In this document: positions 1 through 12,865 of the stretch, one piece after another
How the letters are laid out: every line of letters starts with the position of its first letter
Position numbering within the stretch: the first letter of the stretch is position 1
Source: Chiloscyllium plagiosum
Lineage: Eukaryota
NCBI RefSeq assembly: GCF_004010195.1
Contig: NC_057760.1
Location: 941,909-1,005,908 of the forward strand
Direction: 5' to 3'
Length of the DNA: 64,000 nt
Notes under the pieces: model-generated
What the model was told of the DNA's origin: nothing
The model's database searches: none
Seen by the model: the letters and a program-made list of their open reading frames with translations, nothing else
Made by a program: the position numbers and the translations under genes

Positions 1-285
1 CTAGAACTGGGGGGTGGGGGGGGGCAAGAGTTGAAAATTAAGGGCAGACCGTTCAGGAAAGAGGTTAGGAAGCGCTTCGGCACATAAGGCTGGTAGAGGT
101 TTGGAACTCTCCTCCATTAACTGCAGCGAATGCTGGATTCAGTTGTCAGTTTTTAAATCAGAGATGGATGGCACCTTTGCTTAACAAAAACCTAAAGGAA
201 CCGAAAACAATAAGTGCTGGAGATCACAGCGGGCCAGGTAGCACCTGTGGAGAGAAATTAAGCGAACGTTTCAAGTCTAGACAAA

Positions 286-465
286 GTGGTGGGGGCTGGT
301 ACAATTGCAACATTGAAAAGGCATCTGGATGGGGACATGACTAGGAAGGGTTTGGAGGGATATGGGCCGGGTGCTGGCAGGTGGGACCAGATTGGGTTGG
401 GATATCTGGTCGGCATGGACGGGTTGGACCGAAGGGTCTGTTTCCGTGCTGTACGTCTCTATGAC
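286..465 (+). mobile_element. CR1 3'-end fragment (inverted partner at about 707-900)
   Basis: Same sequence as the 3' end of the 9350-10631 copy. Confidence 0.85.
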
Positions 466-1058
466 TCATCTTCAAAGTTCTGATGAAAAGGCATCTAAAC
501 TTGAAACATTAATTTGCTCTCTCTCTCTCCACGGATGCTGCCTGACAGGCTGAGATCTCCCACGTTTGCTGTTTACAGCACAGACCCCAGCACCTACAGT
601 CATTTGCTCCTAAAAACTCTCAGGGGTATGGGCCAAAGGCAAGTTGATGGAGTCCGGCCACAGATCAGCGGTGACCTCATGGAATATTAGAACATATTCA
701 ATGGGGTCATAGAGATGTACAGCACGGAAATAGACCCTTCGGTCCAACCCGTCCATGCCGGACCAGATATCACAACCCAATCTAGTCCCACCTGCCAGCA
801 CCCGGCCCATATCCCTCCAAACCCTTCCTAGTCATGTCCCCATCCAGATGCCTCTGAAATGTTGCAATTGTACCAGCCTCTGCCACTTCCTCTGGCAATG
901 CATAGGTGAGATTTGGCAGGTTTTGTTCCACTATGTTGGTGATCAATGTTCACACCCTTAATAGTGGTGTGGAATTCACAATCCTGCACACAGGTGAACA
1001 GAAGCAGCAACAAAATAATCCAACTGTATTGGTAACTCAATATCTCCCTCTCACTCAC

Positions 1059-1220
1059 CTCCAGAACTTTAACCATCCGCAACTTGTCGTCTTGCGTCCG
1101 TCTCTTGGCCTCCACGTCCTGCTCCAGGTTCTGCAGCCGCTGGCTCAGCAGATCCTTGTCCAGCAGCGCGTTCTCCTTCTCCGCGTTGCTCTGCTGCAGA
1201 TCCTGCTTCAGCCGCCCAGC
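1059..1220 (-). CDS. CGN: Cingulin coding exon 15 (162 nt); gene continues beyond the window start
   Basis: cag|[54 protein letters not shown]|gtgagt; myosin-tail-like region, no stop codon reached. Confidence 0.93.
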
Positions 1221-2817
1221 CTGGAATGGGAACGGCTGCTTATAAACACCTGAAGTCACTGCTCACAGAAACCCTGAGAAAGGAGACGCTGTCTCCAGAG
1301 CTGATCATGGTCTTTCGGACGAGGGTAGGCACTGTCACCCTAACCTCTGACTCCGGCTGACACATACAGACGACCATTCTGATTAGGGATCCAAAGATCC
1401 TCCACGCTCCTCGGACTGGCCCCTGCTATACCCCATGCCTGTGCAACTGCTCAATCATTTCCCACTCCCCCTGCATGTACAAACTCAATGAATACTCCGT
1501 CACCCTGTGAACTCTAACTCCGGCACCATTTCTGCACACGCACCCAGACTGCCGAAAAGGCTCACGGAAGCTCATTTTCCAGCCCGAATTAGAACCAGAA
1601 AGCCTGGGGATAGTGCTGACCCTGACCGTGGTCTTTAGGACTAGGGCAGGCACTGTCACGTTAACCTCCAACCCCAGCTGAGGCATACAGACGCCGTTCC
1701 TTCACATTTGTTGAGTCAAAATCCTGCAGCTCTCTCTCCAGCCCCTACGGATGCCCCTATGGCACACAGGTGGCAGCTCACCCCCACCTCAAGGGGCACC
1801 TGTCGATAGACAATAAATGCCAGCCTCACCACTGACATCCACACTCAAGTGGATTTATTTCTGCTTAAAAGGTGGATAACTAGAGCTGAAAAGAACAAGA
1901 GATTATCCAACTGAAACCTGCATATTTTCTAAAGGGATGCTTGGAGGCTGTTACCCTTGGATTGGGTGGGGTGGCCTAGAACTGGTCTAGCAGGTCACAA
2001 TCTCAGGGTGAAAAAAGCTCTGCCCATTTCAGACGAAGGAGAAATTTGTCACTCTGAGGATCTACCCCAAAGAGCTCTGGAGGCTTCGTCATCGAGAGAT
2101 CAACGAGAGTTTTGGACAAGTTGGGAACAGCGCAGGATATTCGAGCCGGAAAGGTCAGCCAGAGTCTTGGTGACTCGGAGAGAGCACCGGAACCACTGAA
2201 ACACAACATCAAAGGAGAAACAAAATACCTAGCCAAAACAACCCAGACTCCCGCAGTGATCGGCTAACACACCTTGAACCAGCTGCCTGTGTTACCATCT
2301 AGTGGCAGCAACTTGAGTGCGCAACCGACCACAGTCCGAGTTTGTGTGTTACCTTCATGGGTTTAGGAAAGTGCTCAACTCACAAGGGTTATTGCCCCAC
2401 CTCAAGCTGCTCCGCAATATCGTGGTTTCGTGGCTCACCTGAACTGCCAAACCTCTCTGCACTCCGTGATGCCTTCAATTTATTTTTAAAGAAATTCATT
2501 CATGGAACAAGGGTCGACACTGACTGGGTCAGCATTTATTACCCATCGCTATCTACTCAGAGGCAACCGCATTGCTCTGGGTCGGGAGTCACGTGGAGGC
2601 TGGCAAACCAGATGGGGTTTTTCATGGTCATCATTAGACTCTTCATTCAAGATTTTTAGTGAATTCAAATTCCACTAATTGTCAAGACAAGATTCAATCC
2701 CAGGTCCCCAGAACATCACTCGGGCCTCTGGATAATATCTTCCCATAGAGTGTCGAACCCATCAACCTAAATCACGCTTCTCTAGAATTCGGTCAACACT
2801 ACCTATCAAAATCCTTC

Positions 2818-3810
2818 AGTGGCACGGGGGCTCAGTGGTTAGCACGGCTGCCTCACATCACCAGGGACAAGGGTGTGAGTCCACCCTCAGGCGGCTGGCT
2901 GTGTGAAATTTACACATACAGCCCCGCCAGTCTGTTCTACCGTGTTTAGGCCGTTCGGCCCCTCCAGTCTGTTCTACCGTGTTTAGGCCGTTCGGCCGCT
3001 CCAGTCTGTTCTAGCGTGTTTAGGCTGTTGGGCCCCTGCAGTATGTAAAATGTGCCTGGGGATGTGCAGGTTAGGGGGGATTGGCCATGCTAAATCGTCC
3101 CATAGTGCCCAGGGATGTGCAGGTTAGGGTGGATTGGCCATGCTAAATTGTCCCATAGTGTCCAGGGATGTGCTTCGGCCGCTCCAGTCTGTTCTAGCGT
3201 GTTTAGGCCGTTCGGCCGCTCCAGTCTGTTCTAGCGTGTTTAGGCCGTTCGGCCCCTCCAGTCCGTTCTACCATGTTTAGGCTGTTGGGCCCCTCCAGTA
3301 TGTAAAATGTGCCTGGGGATGTGCAGGTTAGGGTGGATTGGCCATGCTAAATTGTCCTGTAGTGTCCAGGTTAGGGGGGATTGGCCATGCTAAATTGTCC
3401 CATAGTGTCCAGGGATGTGCAGGTTAGGGTGGATTGGTCATGCTAAATTGTCACGTAGTGTCCAGGGATGTGCAGGATAGGGTGGATTGGTCATGCTAAA
3501 TTGTCCCATAGTGTCTAGGAATGTGCAGGTTAGGGTGGGTTGGCCACGTTAAATTGTCCCATAGTGCCCAGGGATGTGCAGGTTAGGGTGGGTTGGCCAC
3601 ATTAAATTGTCCCATAGTGCCCTGGGATGTGCAGGTTAGGGTGGATTGGCCATGCTAAATTGTCCCATAGTGCCCAGGGATGTGCAGGTTAGGGTGGGTT
3701 GGCCATGGAAAAATGCAGGGTTACAAGGAAAGAGTGGGAATGGTAGGTCTAGGTGGGGTGGACTCGACTCGATGGGCCGAATAGCCTGCCTCCATACTGT
3801 AGGGATTCTA
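2818..3810 (+). mobile_element. tRNA-derived SINE expanded by internal 37-bp and 53-bp minisatellites
   Basis: SINE head ggcacgggggctcagtggttagcac; 37-bp unit ccagtctgttctaccgtgtttaggccgttcggcccct; 53-bp unit gatgtgcaggttagggtggattggccatgctaaattgtcccatagtgtccagg; CR1-like tail. Confidence 0.85.
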
Positions 3811-4846
3811 TAACGGCCTGACATGCTCAACCTTCACGCCTAAGACAAGCTCCTTAAATCCATAACGACTCAAGTGAACACTCTCTGAACCTCTTCTAAT
3901 GCAAGTACATCCCTCCTAAATATGCATGCCGTCTTCCAGGTGTGGTCTCACCAACGCCCTGTGCAGTTGCAGCAAGCCGTCCCTACTTCGATAATGCACC
4001 CCCACCCCCACAATCCCTTGCAGTAAAGGCCAACATTCCATCCGCCTTCTTCATTACCTGCTGCAGCTGCAGGTTAACTTTGGGTGATTCGTGTACAAAC
4101 GCACTCAGATCCCTCCGTGCCACAGCATTCTCTAACCCCTCTTCGTCTAAATAACAACTGGCCTTTCCCAGATTATACCCAGTCTACCAAATGTTTTGCC
4201 CACTGTCTTAACCTATCTATAACAGGAGGAGAGACATGTTATCTCACACTCATCAGGACACAATGCAAGAATGCAAAGTTCCAAACGAGCGCAACAATTT
4301 AGATTGCAGGAGAAATGAGCTGACTGGTTGAGGCACTGCCATGCAGAAGTTAACAGCGAGCTGCCCTGGGAACAAGGAAAGGTGGAAAAGATGGAGGAAC
4401 AAAAGAAAAAGTGGAAATGCCTGAGACAAATGAAGGTCCCATACTGCTCGGAGCTTGAGTACCTTCGTGACATGTGGGAGGAAAATGTTTCAAGGAAACA
4501 GGAACTTGCGTTGGAGACTCTGAAGCACAATGAGGGGTTGCAACACATACCAAGCTGATCCCACCTTCCCTCTCTCCTCTGGTACCATATTTGTACAGGG
4601 CGTTACGAACATGGAGTTCCACTGGGCTGGTCCATGCTTCTCCTTGGATCTCTTGGACATTACTCCCTGCATCCCAAGACCTCCAATCCAGTCTGATTTA
4701 CTTATAAATAACCCGGGTTTGCTCGAGGGGGCTGGCCCTGAAATAAGCTTGGTTTCTGCCGTAGCTCACAACACCAGACTGCAATTCAGCCATGTTAAGG
4801 AACATATTGGCACGGATCAATGAAGAACGCAAGGGAAGCTGAGTAC

Positions 4847-5017
4847 CTCATCTTGTAACCTCTTGATGGTCACGTTTGCTTTTTCCAGCTCCAGAGCCCT
4901 CTCCTTCGCTTGCCTCTGGTGTTCCGTTAACTCGCGACGTGACTTATCCCGGTACTCGTCCAATTGGGACTGCAGCACCACCACAGAGTTTCCTGACTGC
5001 TTAGAGACCTCATCCAC
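4847..5017 (-). CDS. CGN: Cingulin coding exon 14 (171 nt)
   Basis: cag|[30 protein letters not shown]...IKRLQDE|gtactc. Confidence 0.93.
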
Positions 5018-5268
5018 CTGCAATGGGTGAGAGAGAGAGAGAGAGTGAGAGAGAGAGAGAGTGCGCGAGAGAAAGCGAGAGAGAAAGTGAGAGAGCGAGA
5101 GCAAGAGAGAAAGTGAGAGAGCTAGAGAGCTAGAGAGCAAGAGAGCAAGAGAGAAAGTGAGAGAGCGAGAGAGCGAGAGAGCGAGAAAGTGAGAGAGCGA
5201 GAGAGAGCAAGAGAGAAAGTGCGAGAGCGAGCGAGAGAGCGCGCGAGAGAGCGCGCGAGAGAGCGCGC

Positions 5269-7644
5269 GAGAGACAGCGCGAGAGACAGCGCGAGAGACA
5301 GCGCGAGAGACAGCGCGAGAGACAGCGCGAGAGACAGCGCGAGAGACAGCGCGAGAGACAGCGCGAGAGACAGCGCGAGAGACAGCGCGAGAGACAGCGC
5401 GAGAGACAGCGCGAGAGACAGCGCGAGAGACAGCGCGAGAGACAGCGCGAGAGACAGCGCGAGAGACAGCGCGAGAGACAGCGCGAGAGACAGCGCGAGA
5501 GACAGCGCGAGAGACAGCGCGAGAGACAGCGCGAGAGACAGCGCGAGAGACAGCGCGAGAGACAGCGCGAGAGACAGCGCGAGAGACAGCGCGAGAGACA
5601 GCGCGAGAGACAGCGCGAGAGACAGCGCGAGAGACAGCGCGAGAGACAGCGCGAGAGACAGCGCGAGAGACAGCGCGAGAGACAGCGCGAGAGACAGCGC
5701 GAGAGACAGCGCGAGAGACAGCGCGAGAGACAGCGCGAGAGACAGCGCGAGAGACAGCGCGAGAGACAGCGCGAGAGACAGCGCGAGAGACAGCGCGAGA
5801 GACAGCGCGAGAGACAGCGCGAGAGACAGCGCGAGAGACAGCGCGAGAGACAGCGCGAGAGACAGCGCGAGAGACAGCGCGAGAGACAGCGCGAGAGACA
5901 GCGCGAGAGACAGCGCGAGAGACAGCGCGAGAGACAGCGCGAGAGACAGCGCGAGAGACAGCGCGAGAGACAGCGCGAGAGACAGCGCGAGAGACAGCGC
6001 GAGAGACAGCGCGAGAGACAGCGCGAGAGACAGCGCGAGAGACAGCGCGAGAGACAGCGCGAGAGACAGCGCGAGAGACAGCGCGAGAGACAGCGCGAGA
6101 GACAGCGCGAGAGACAGCGCGAGAGACAGCGCGAGAGACAGCGCGAGAGACAGCGCGAGAGACAGCGCGAGAGACAGCGCGAGAGACAGCGCGAGAGACA
6201 GCGCGAGAGACAGCGCGAGAGACAGCGCGAGAGACAGCGCGAGAGACAGCGCGAGAGACAGCGCGAGAGACAGCGCGAGAGACAGCGCGAGAGACAGCGC
6301 GAGAGACAGCGCGAGAGACAGCGCGAGAGACAGCGCGAGAGACAGCGCGAGAGACAGCGCGAGAGACAGCGCGAGAGACAGCGCGAGAGACAGCGCGAGA
6401 GACAGCGCGAGAGACAGCGCGAGAGACAGCGCGAGAGACAGCGCGAGAGACAGCGCGAGAGACAGCGCGAGAGACAGCGCGAGAGACAGCGCGAGAGACA
6501 GCGCGAGAGACAGCGCGAGAGACAGCGCGAGAGACAGCGCGAGAGACAGCGCGAGAGACAGCGCGAGAGACAGCGCGAGAGACAGCGCGAGAGACAGCGC
6601 GAGAGACAGCGCGAGAGACAGCGCGAGAGACAGCGCGAGAGACAGCGCGAGAGACAGCGCGAGAGACAGCGCGAGAGACAGCGCGAGAGACAGCGCGAGA
6701 GACAGCGCGAGAGACAGCGCGAGAGACAGCGCGAGAGACAGCGCGAGAGACAGCGCGAGAGACAGCGCGAGAGACAGCGCGAGAGACAGCGCGAGAGACA
6801 GCGCGAGAGACAGCGCGAGAGACAGCGCGAGAGACAGCGCGAGAGACAGCGCGAGAGACAGCGCGAGAGACAGCGCGAGAGACAGCGCGAGAGACAGCGC
6901 GAGAGACAGCGCGAGAGACAGCGCGAGAGACAGCGCGAGAGACAGCGCGAGAGACAGCGCGAGAGACAGCGCGAGAGACAGCGCGAGAGACAGCGCGAGA
7001 GACAGCGCGAGAGACAGCGCGAGAGACAGCGCGAGAGACAGCGCGAGAGACAGCGCGAGAGACAGCGCGAGAGACAGCGCGAGAGACAGCGCGAGAGACA
7101 GCGCGAGAGACAGCGCGAGAGACAGCGCGAGAGACAGCGCGAGAGACAGCGCGAGAGACAGCGCGAGAGACAGCGCGAGAGACAGCGCGAGAGACAGCGC
7201 GAGAGACAGCGCGAGAGACAGCGCGAGAGACAGCGCGAGAGACAGCGCGAGAGACAGCGCGAGAGACAGCGCGAGAGACAGCGCGAGAGACAGCGCGAGA
7301 GACAGCGCGAGAGACAGCGCGAGAGACAGCGCGAGAGACAGCGCGAGAGACAGCGCGAGAGACAGCGCGAGAGACAGCGCGAGAGACAGCGCGAGAGACA
7401 GCGCGAGAGACAGCGCGAGAGACAGCGCGAGAGACAGCGCGAGAGACAGCGCGAGAGACAGCGCGAGAGACAGCGCGAGAGACAGCGCGAGAGACAGCGC
7501 GAGAGACAGCGCGAGAGACAGCGCGAGAGACAGCGCGAGAGACAGCGCGAGAGACAGCGCGAGAGACAGCGCGAGAGACAGCGCGAGAGACAGCGCGAGA
7601 GACAGCGCGAGAGACAGCGCGAGAGACAGCGCGAGAGACAGCGC
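5269..7644. repeat. Perfect 12-bp tandem array (GAGAGACAGCGC)x198
   Basis: Identical units read directly; every 60-nt line from 5281 to 7620 is the same. Degenerate GA/GC-rich flanks at about 5028-5268 and 7645-8785. Confidence 0.97.
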
Positions 7645-9349
7645 GAGAGAGCGCGCGGCGACAGAGAGAGAGAGCGCGCGGCGACAGAGAGAGAGAGCGC
7701 GCGCGGCGACAGCGAGAGGGAGCGCGCGCGGCGACAGCGAGAGGGAGCGCGCGCGGCGACAGCGAGAGGGAGCGCGCGCGTGGCGACAGCGAGAGGGAGC
7801 GCGCGCGTGGCGACAGCGAGAGAGAACGCGCACGTGGCGACAGCGAGAGGGAGCGCGTGCGGCGACAGCGAGAGAGCAAGCGCACGTGGCGACAGCGAGT
7901 GGGAGCGCGCGCGGCGACAGCGAGAGAGAGCGCGTAGCGAGAGAGAGCGCGCATGGCGACAGCGAGAGAGAGAGCGCGCGCACGCGGCGACAGCGAGAGA
8001 GAGCGAGCGCACGCGGCGACAGCGAGAGAGAGCGAGCGCACGCGGCGACAGCGAGAGAGAGAGCGCGCGTGGCGACAGCGAGAGAGAGCGAGCGCACGCG
8101 GCGACAGCGAGAGAGCGAGCGCACGCGGCGACAGCGAGAGAGAGAGAGCGCGCGCGTGGCGACAGCGAGAGAGAGAGAGCGCGCGCTTGGCGACAGCGAG
8201 AGCGAGAGCGCGCGTGGCGACAGCGAGCGAGAGCGCGCGCGGCGACAGCGAGCGAGAGAGCGCGGGCGCGGCGACAGCGAGAGAGCGCGCGCGCACGCAT
8301 CGACAGCGAGAGAGAGCAAGCGCACGCGTCGACAGCGAGAGAGCGCGCGCGTCTCGACAGCGAGAGAGCGCGCGCGTCTCGACAGCGAGAGAGCGCGCGC
8401 GTCTCGACAGCGAGAGAGAGCGCACGTGTCGACAGCGAGAGAGAGCGCACGTGTCGACAGCGAGAGAGAGCAAGCGCACGTGTCGACAGCGAGAGAGAGC
8501 GCGCGTGCGTGTCGACAGCGGGAGAGAACGAACGTGTGGCGACAGCGAGATGGAGAGTGCGGCAAAAGCGAGAGAGCACACGACAGCGAGAGAGAGCGCG
8601 CACGTGGCGACAGCAAGAGAGAGCACGCACGTGGCGACAGCGAGAGAGAGCGAGCGCGTGGCGACAGCGAGAGAGAGAGAGTGCGGCAAAAGCGAGAGAG
8701 CACACGACAGCGAGAGAGAGCGTGACAGCGAGAAAACGAGAGAGAACAAGGGAGCGCGAGAGCCAGCGAGAGAATGAGCAAGAGAAATCAAACTACGTGC
8801 AAGTTACTGCTGTTGGAGAATGAGGTCTGGCCAGTTTGTTTCCTATTTGTTCCCCAGACAACAGGGTCCCTTCAGACCAGGACCAGCAACCTGGGAGGCT
8901 GAGAGCTCAAAGCCCCACCGTGTTACAGGGCGGATCTGTGACACTAGCATCAGGAAGGATTGCACAGAACTGACAGCACATAATGCAGGCTCAGTAACAG
9001 CAGAGTGTACCACCCACAGGATACACAGCAGATAATCATCAAGGCTCCTCAGACAGCGCCTGCCAAACCCGTGGGCTCTGCCACCCAGAAGGACGAGGGC
9101 AGCAGATACACGAGGACACCATGTCCTGCAAGCTCCTCTCTGAGCCACACATCACCATGACTTGGAAACATATCGGCTGTTCCTTCACTGTCATTGGGTC
9201 CAAGTCCCTCCCCAACAGCACTGCGGGTGTATGGGCTGCAGTGGCTCAAGGTGGTGGCTCCCTGCCTCCTTCTTGAGGGGCAGGTCGGGATGGGGCAATA
9301 ACTGCTGACTCAGTCAGTCAGTGGCAGGCACATCCCATGGATGAATGAT

Positions 9350-10631
9350 AAGTATAGGTGAGGTGCCGGATGACTGGAGGTTGGCAAACGTGGTGCCACT
9401 GTTTAAGAAGTGTGGCAAGGACAAGCCAGGGAACTATAGACCAGTGAGCCTGACCTCAGTGGTGGGCAAGTTGTTGAAGGGAATCCTGAGGGGCAGGATG
9501 TACATGTATTTGGAAAGGCAAGGACTGATTCGGGATAGTCAACATGGCTTTGTGTGTGGGAAATCACGTCGCACAAACTTGATCGAGTTTTTTGAAGAAG
9601 TAAGAAAGAGGATTGATGAGGGCAGAGCAATAGACGTGATCTATATGGACTTCAGTAAGGCGTTCAACAAGGTTCCCCATGGGAGACTGGTTAGCAAGGT
9701 TAGAATCATGGAATAAAGGGAGAACGAGCCATGTGGATACAGAACTGGCTCAAAGGTAGAAGACAGAGGATGGTGGTGGTGGAGGGTTGTTTTTCAGACT
9801 GGAGGCCTGTGACCAGTGGAGTGCCACAAGGATCGGTGCTGGGTGCACTACTTTTCATCATTTATATAAATGATTTGGATGTGAGCATAAGAGGTACAGT
9901 TAGTAAGTTTGCGAGAGCGAGAGAGAGCGAGAGTAAGTAAAATTGGAGGTATAGTGGACAGCGAAGAGGGTTACCTCCGATTACAACAGGATCTGGACCA
10001 GATGGGCCAATGGGCTGAGAAGTGGCAGATGGAGTTTAATTCAGATAAATGCGAGGTGCTGCATTTTGGGAAAGCAAATCTTAGCAGACTTATGCACTTA
10101 ATGGTAAGGTCCTAAGGAGTGTTGCTGAACAAANNNNNNNNNNNNNNNNNNNNNNNNNNNNNNNNNNNNNNNNNNNNNNNNNNNNNNNNNNNNNNNNNNN
10201 NNNNNNNNNNNNNNNNNNNNNNNNNNNNNNNNNNNNNNNNNNNNNNNNNNNNNNNNNNNNNNNNNNNNNNNNNNNNNNNNNNNNNNNNNNNNNNNNNNNN
10301 NNNNNNNNNNNNNNNNNNNNNNNNNNNNNNNNGGAGTCCAGAACTAGAGGGCATAGGTTTAGGGTGAGAGGGGAAAGATATAAAAGAGACCTATGGGGCA
10401 ACTTTTTCCACGCAGAGGGTGGTACGTGTATGGAATGAGCTGCCAGAGGAAATGGTGGAGGCTGGTACAATTGCAACATTTAAGAGGCATTTGGCTGGGT
10501 TTACGAATAGGAAGGGTTTGGAGGGATATGGGCCGGGTGCTGGCAGGTGGGACTAGATTGAGTTGGGATATCTGGTCGGCATGGACGGGTTGGACCGAAG
10601 GGTCTGTTTCCATGCTGTACATCTCTATGAC
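9350..10631 (+). mobile_element. CR1-clade LINE, 5'-truncated ORF2/RT fragment (spans an N gap)
   Basis: [32 protein letters not shown] and KWQMEFN motifs plus the conserved CR1 3' end. Confidence 0.93.
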
Positions 10632-11174
10632 GCTAAGTAAAATAACATACTGGATCGCGGCTGAAATTACCTTATGGACTGGTCGGGGTGGGGGTAAAAG
10701 AGGCGATAGTGCAGTTAAAAAGGAATCTAAACCTTTTTTTTCCCCTCTCCTCACTTTCTCCACTCTTGTATCTCTCAGTTTAACTGACTCCATCAAAGAA
10801 TTCAGGCATCAGGAGAGCAACAGTCTCCTTGTTTGCTGCATTGGGCGTTAACTTTAGGCTGTGTTTATAGTGATAAGGGGGGTCTGGTCACAACGTGAAG
10901 GACCAGAGGAAATAAAAAGGGAACCCTGCGAACGGATGGTTCGACAGGCATCGCTCCCACTGAAGTCAGCCCAAGGGCTGGCTCGTTCATTTGTCCAGGA
11001 GGGGACAGCAAGCCAGTGTTTGTTGGCCGACCCCTAGCTGCCCTGAGTTCAGTGACGACTTGCTGTGGAGCCGTGTTGGGAGGATTAGTTACGAGTCAAT
11101 CGCATCGCTGTGGGTGTGGAGCATGTGTAATGCCAGACCGGGTAAAGGCAGCAGATTTCTCAATCAATGTCCTT

Positions 11175-11771
11175 TAGCTCAGTCCTTTGATTATGGGAGT
11201 TGGGACATCATATTGAGGACATCGGTGAGGCCTCGCTGGCTCACTGTGTCCATTTCGGATTGCCCTCTTAATGGAAGGATATTATGCATTTGGAGAGGGT
11301 TCAGAGTGACTTGTCAGGATGTTGCTGGTTATGGAGGGTTTGACTTATAAAGGAGGGCTGGATAGGCTGGGATCTTTTTTTTCCAGTGGAGTGTGGGAGG
11401 TTATAGCGGTTTATGAAATCATGAAGCACATAGACGGGGTTAATTGTAGTCGTCTTTTCCCTAGGATGGGAGATTTCAAGAATAGAGGGCATTTTTTTTT
11501 AAGAAGTGAGGGGAGAAAGATGAAAAAAAAAGTACATGGGGCAGATTTCTTTTTTCAAACAGACTGATTAGCGTGTGGAATGAACTTCCAGAGGAAGTGC
11601 TGGATGTGGGTACAGTTACAGTGTTTAAAAGACATTTGGATAAGTTCATGAATAAGAAATGTTCAGAGGGATATGGGCCAGGAGCAGGCAGATGGGACAA
11701 GTTTAGTTTGGGATTCCGGTTGGCTCAGACTGGTTGGACCAAAAGGGTCTGTTTCCGTGCTGTTTGACTCT
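11175..11771 (+). mobile_element. Degenerate CR1 3' fragment
   Basis: WNELPEEV...FKRHLDK motif and CR1 tail. Confidence 0.8.
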
Positions 11772-12209
11772 TAAGTGAACCAGGTGGATGTGTACACACA
11801 CAAGGTTCGGTGAACTGATCACATGATGCAGTGGTGATGACATGACTGGCCAATTTGGGCGGGAAACAGCTCACTCTAACCTTGCTGCCTGTGGAGTCAA
11901 TATTCTCCTAAATAAAGCTCCCGCTGTTTAATGATTTGGCCTCCTGATCCCTCTCGGGGACTTGACACAGACGTGTCATTTTTCTTGTAACAATCACCAT
12001 CACTTTCAGACCTTATTAACTGAATTCCAATTCCAGCAGCTGCAGAGGGTGGGGTTGAACTTCCACATTAGCCTTGGCCTTTGGATGACTAAACCAGAGG
12101 CGCTGGTGCACTCTGCCACCCTCCCACCTGGTGACAGGAAAGCAACAGCTCTTGCTGAGCCTCTCCATCAGCACAACTTGTTGCACACGACCCAGCTCCG
12201 GCTTCTCAC

Positions 12210-12362
12210 CTCTTTCTGCAGCTTCTCAATCGTCTTATCGAGCAACCTCTTCTGCTCCTCCAGCTCGTTCTTCACTTTCCTCAGCTGATCCTTTTGCCTC
12301 GTCTCGTCCTGGAAACGCTTGGTTAACTCCTGGTGGTCTTGGGTCAGCCTGTTCAGATTCCT
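12210..12362 (-). CDS. CGN: Cingulin coding exon 13 (153 nt)
   Basis: cag|RNLNRLTQDHQ...KNELEEQKRLLDKTIEKLQKE|gtgaga; ELEEQKRLLD motif. Confidence 0.94.
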
Positions 12363-12574
12363 CTGTTTAGTGCGAGGTGGAGGGAGTGGTGGGGAATGCA
12401 AATAACCAAGGGGTCACAAACACTGACATGGAAATGCTCCAGTCCTCAATAGACATGTGCGTGTGTATATATACACATAGGGTCTCTGGCGCTGTGAGGC
12501 AGCAGTGCTAACCACTGCGCCACCGTGCTGCCGCATCTTCGTTAAAAAGTCCTGATGGCAAAAAGAAAACCCAG

Positions 12575-12865
12575 CATGGTGGCTCAGGGGTTAGCACTGC
12601 TGCCTCACGGTGCCAGGGATCCAGACTGGATTCCCGTCTCGGGTGATTGTCTGTGTGGAGTTTGCACATTCTCCCAGTTCTGCGTGGGTTTCCTCCCACA
12701 GTACAGGTTGGGTGGATTGGCCATGTTAAATTTCTCTGTGGTGCCCATTAGGTATATGCAGGCTAGAAGGGTTAGCCATGGGAAACACAGGGTTAGAGGG
12801 ATAGGGATAGGGTCAATGTGGCCTCAAATGGTCTGCTTCCGCACTGTAGGGATTCTATGAATCTA
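12575..12865 (+). mobile_element. HE1-like SINE (inverted head fragment at about 12480-12532)
   Basis: Same head and core as the other copies. Confidence 0.82.

Noticed and set aside
2927..3720. Regularly spaced 37-bp and 53-bp repeats resembling a CRISPR array
   Set aside because: The units are head-to-tail with no unique spacers, lie inside a SINE, and sit in a vertebrate intron with no cas genes.
4817..8823. ORFs of 1178-1324 aa made of ARDS, AVSR, LSLA and CLSR repeats
   Set aside because: They result from a stop-free 12-bp repeat that is open in all frames. Only 4847-5017 is a real exon.
11785..11970. Possible short solo LTR with AATAAA
   Set aside because: No convincing TG...CA termini or TSD could be fixed.
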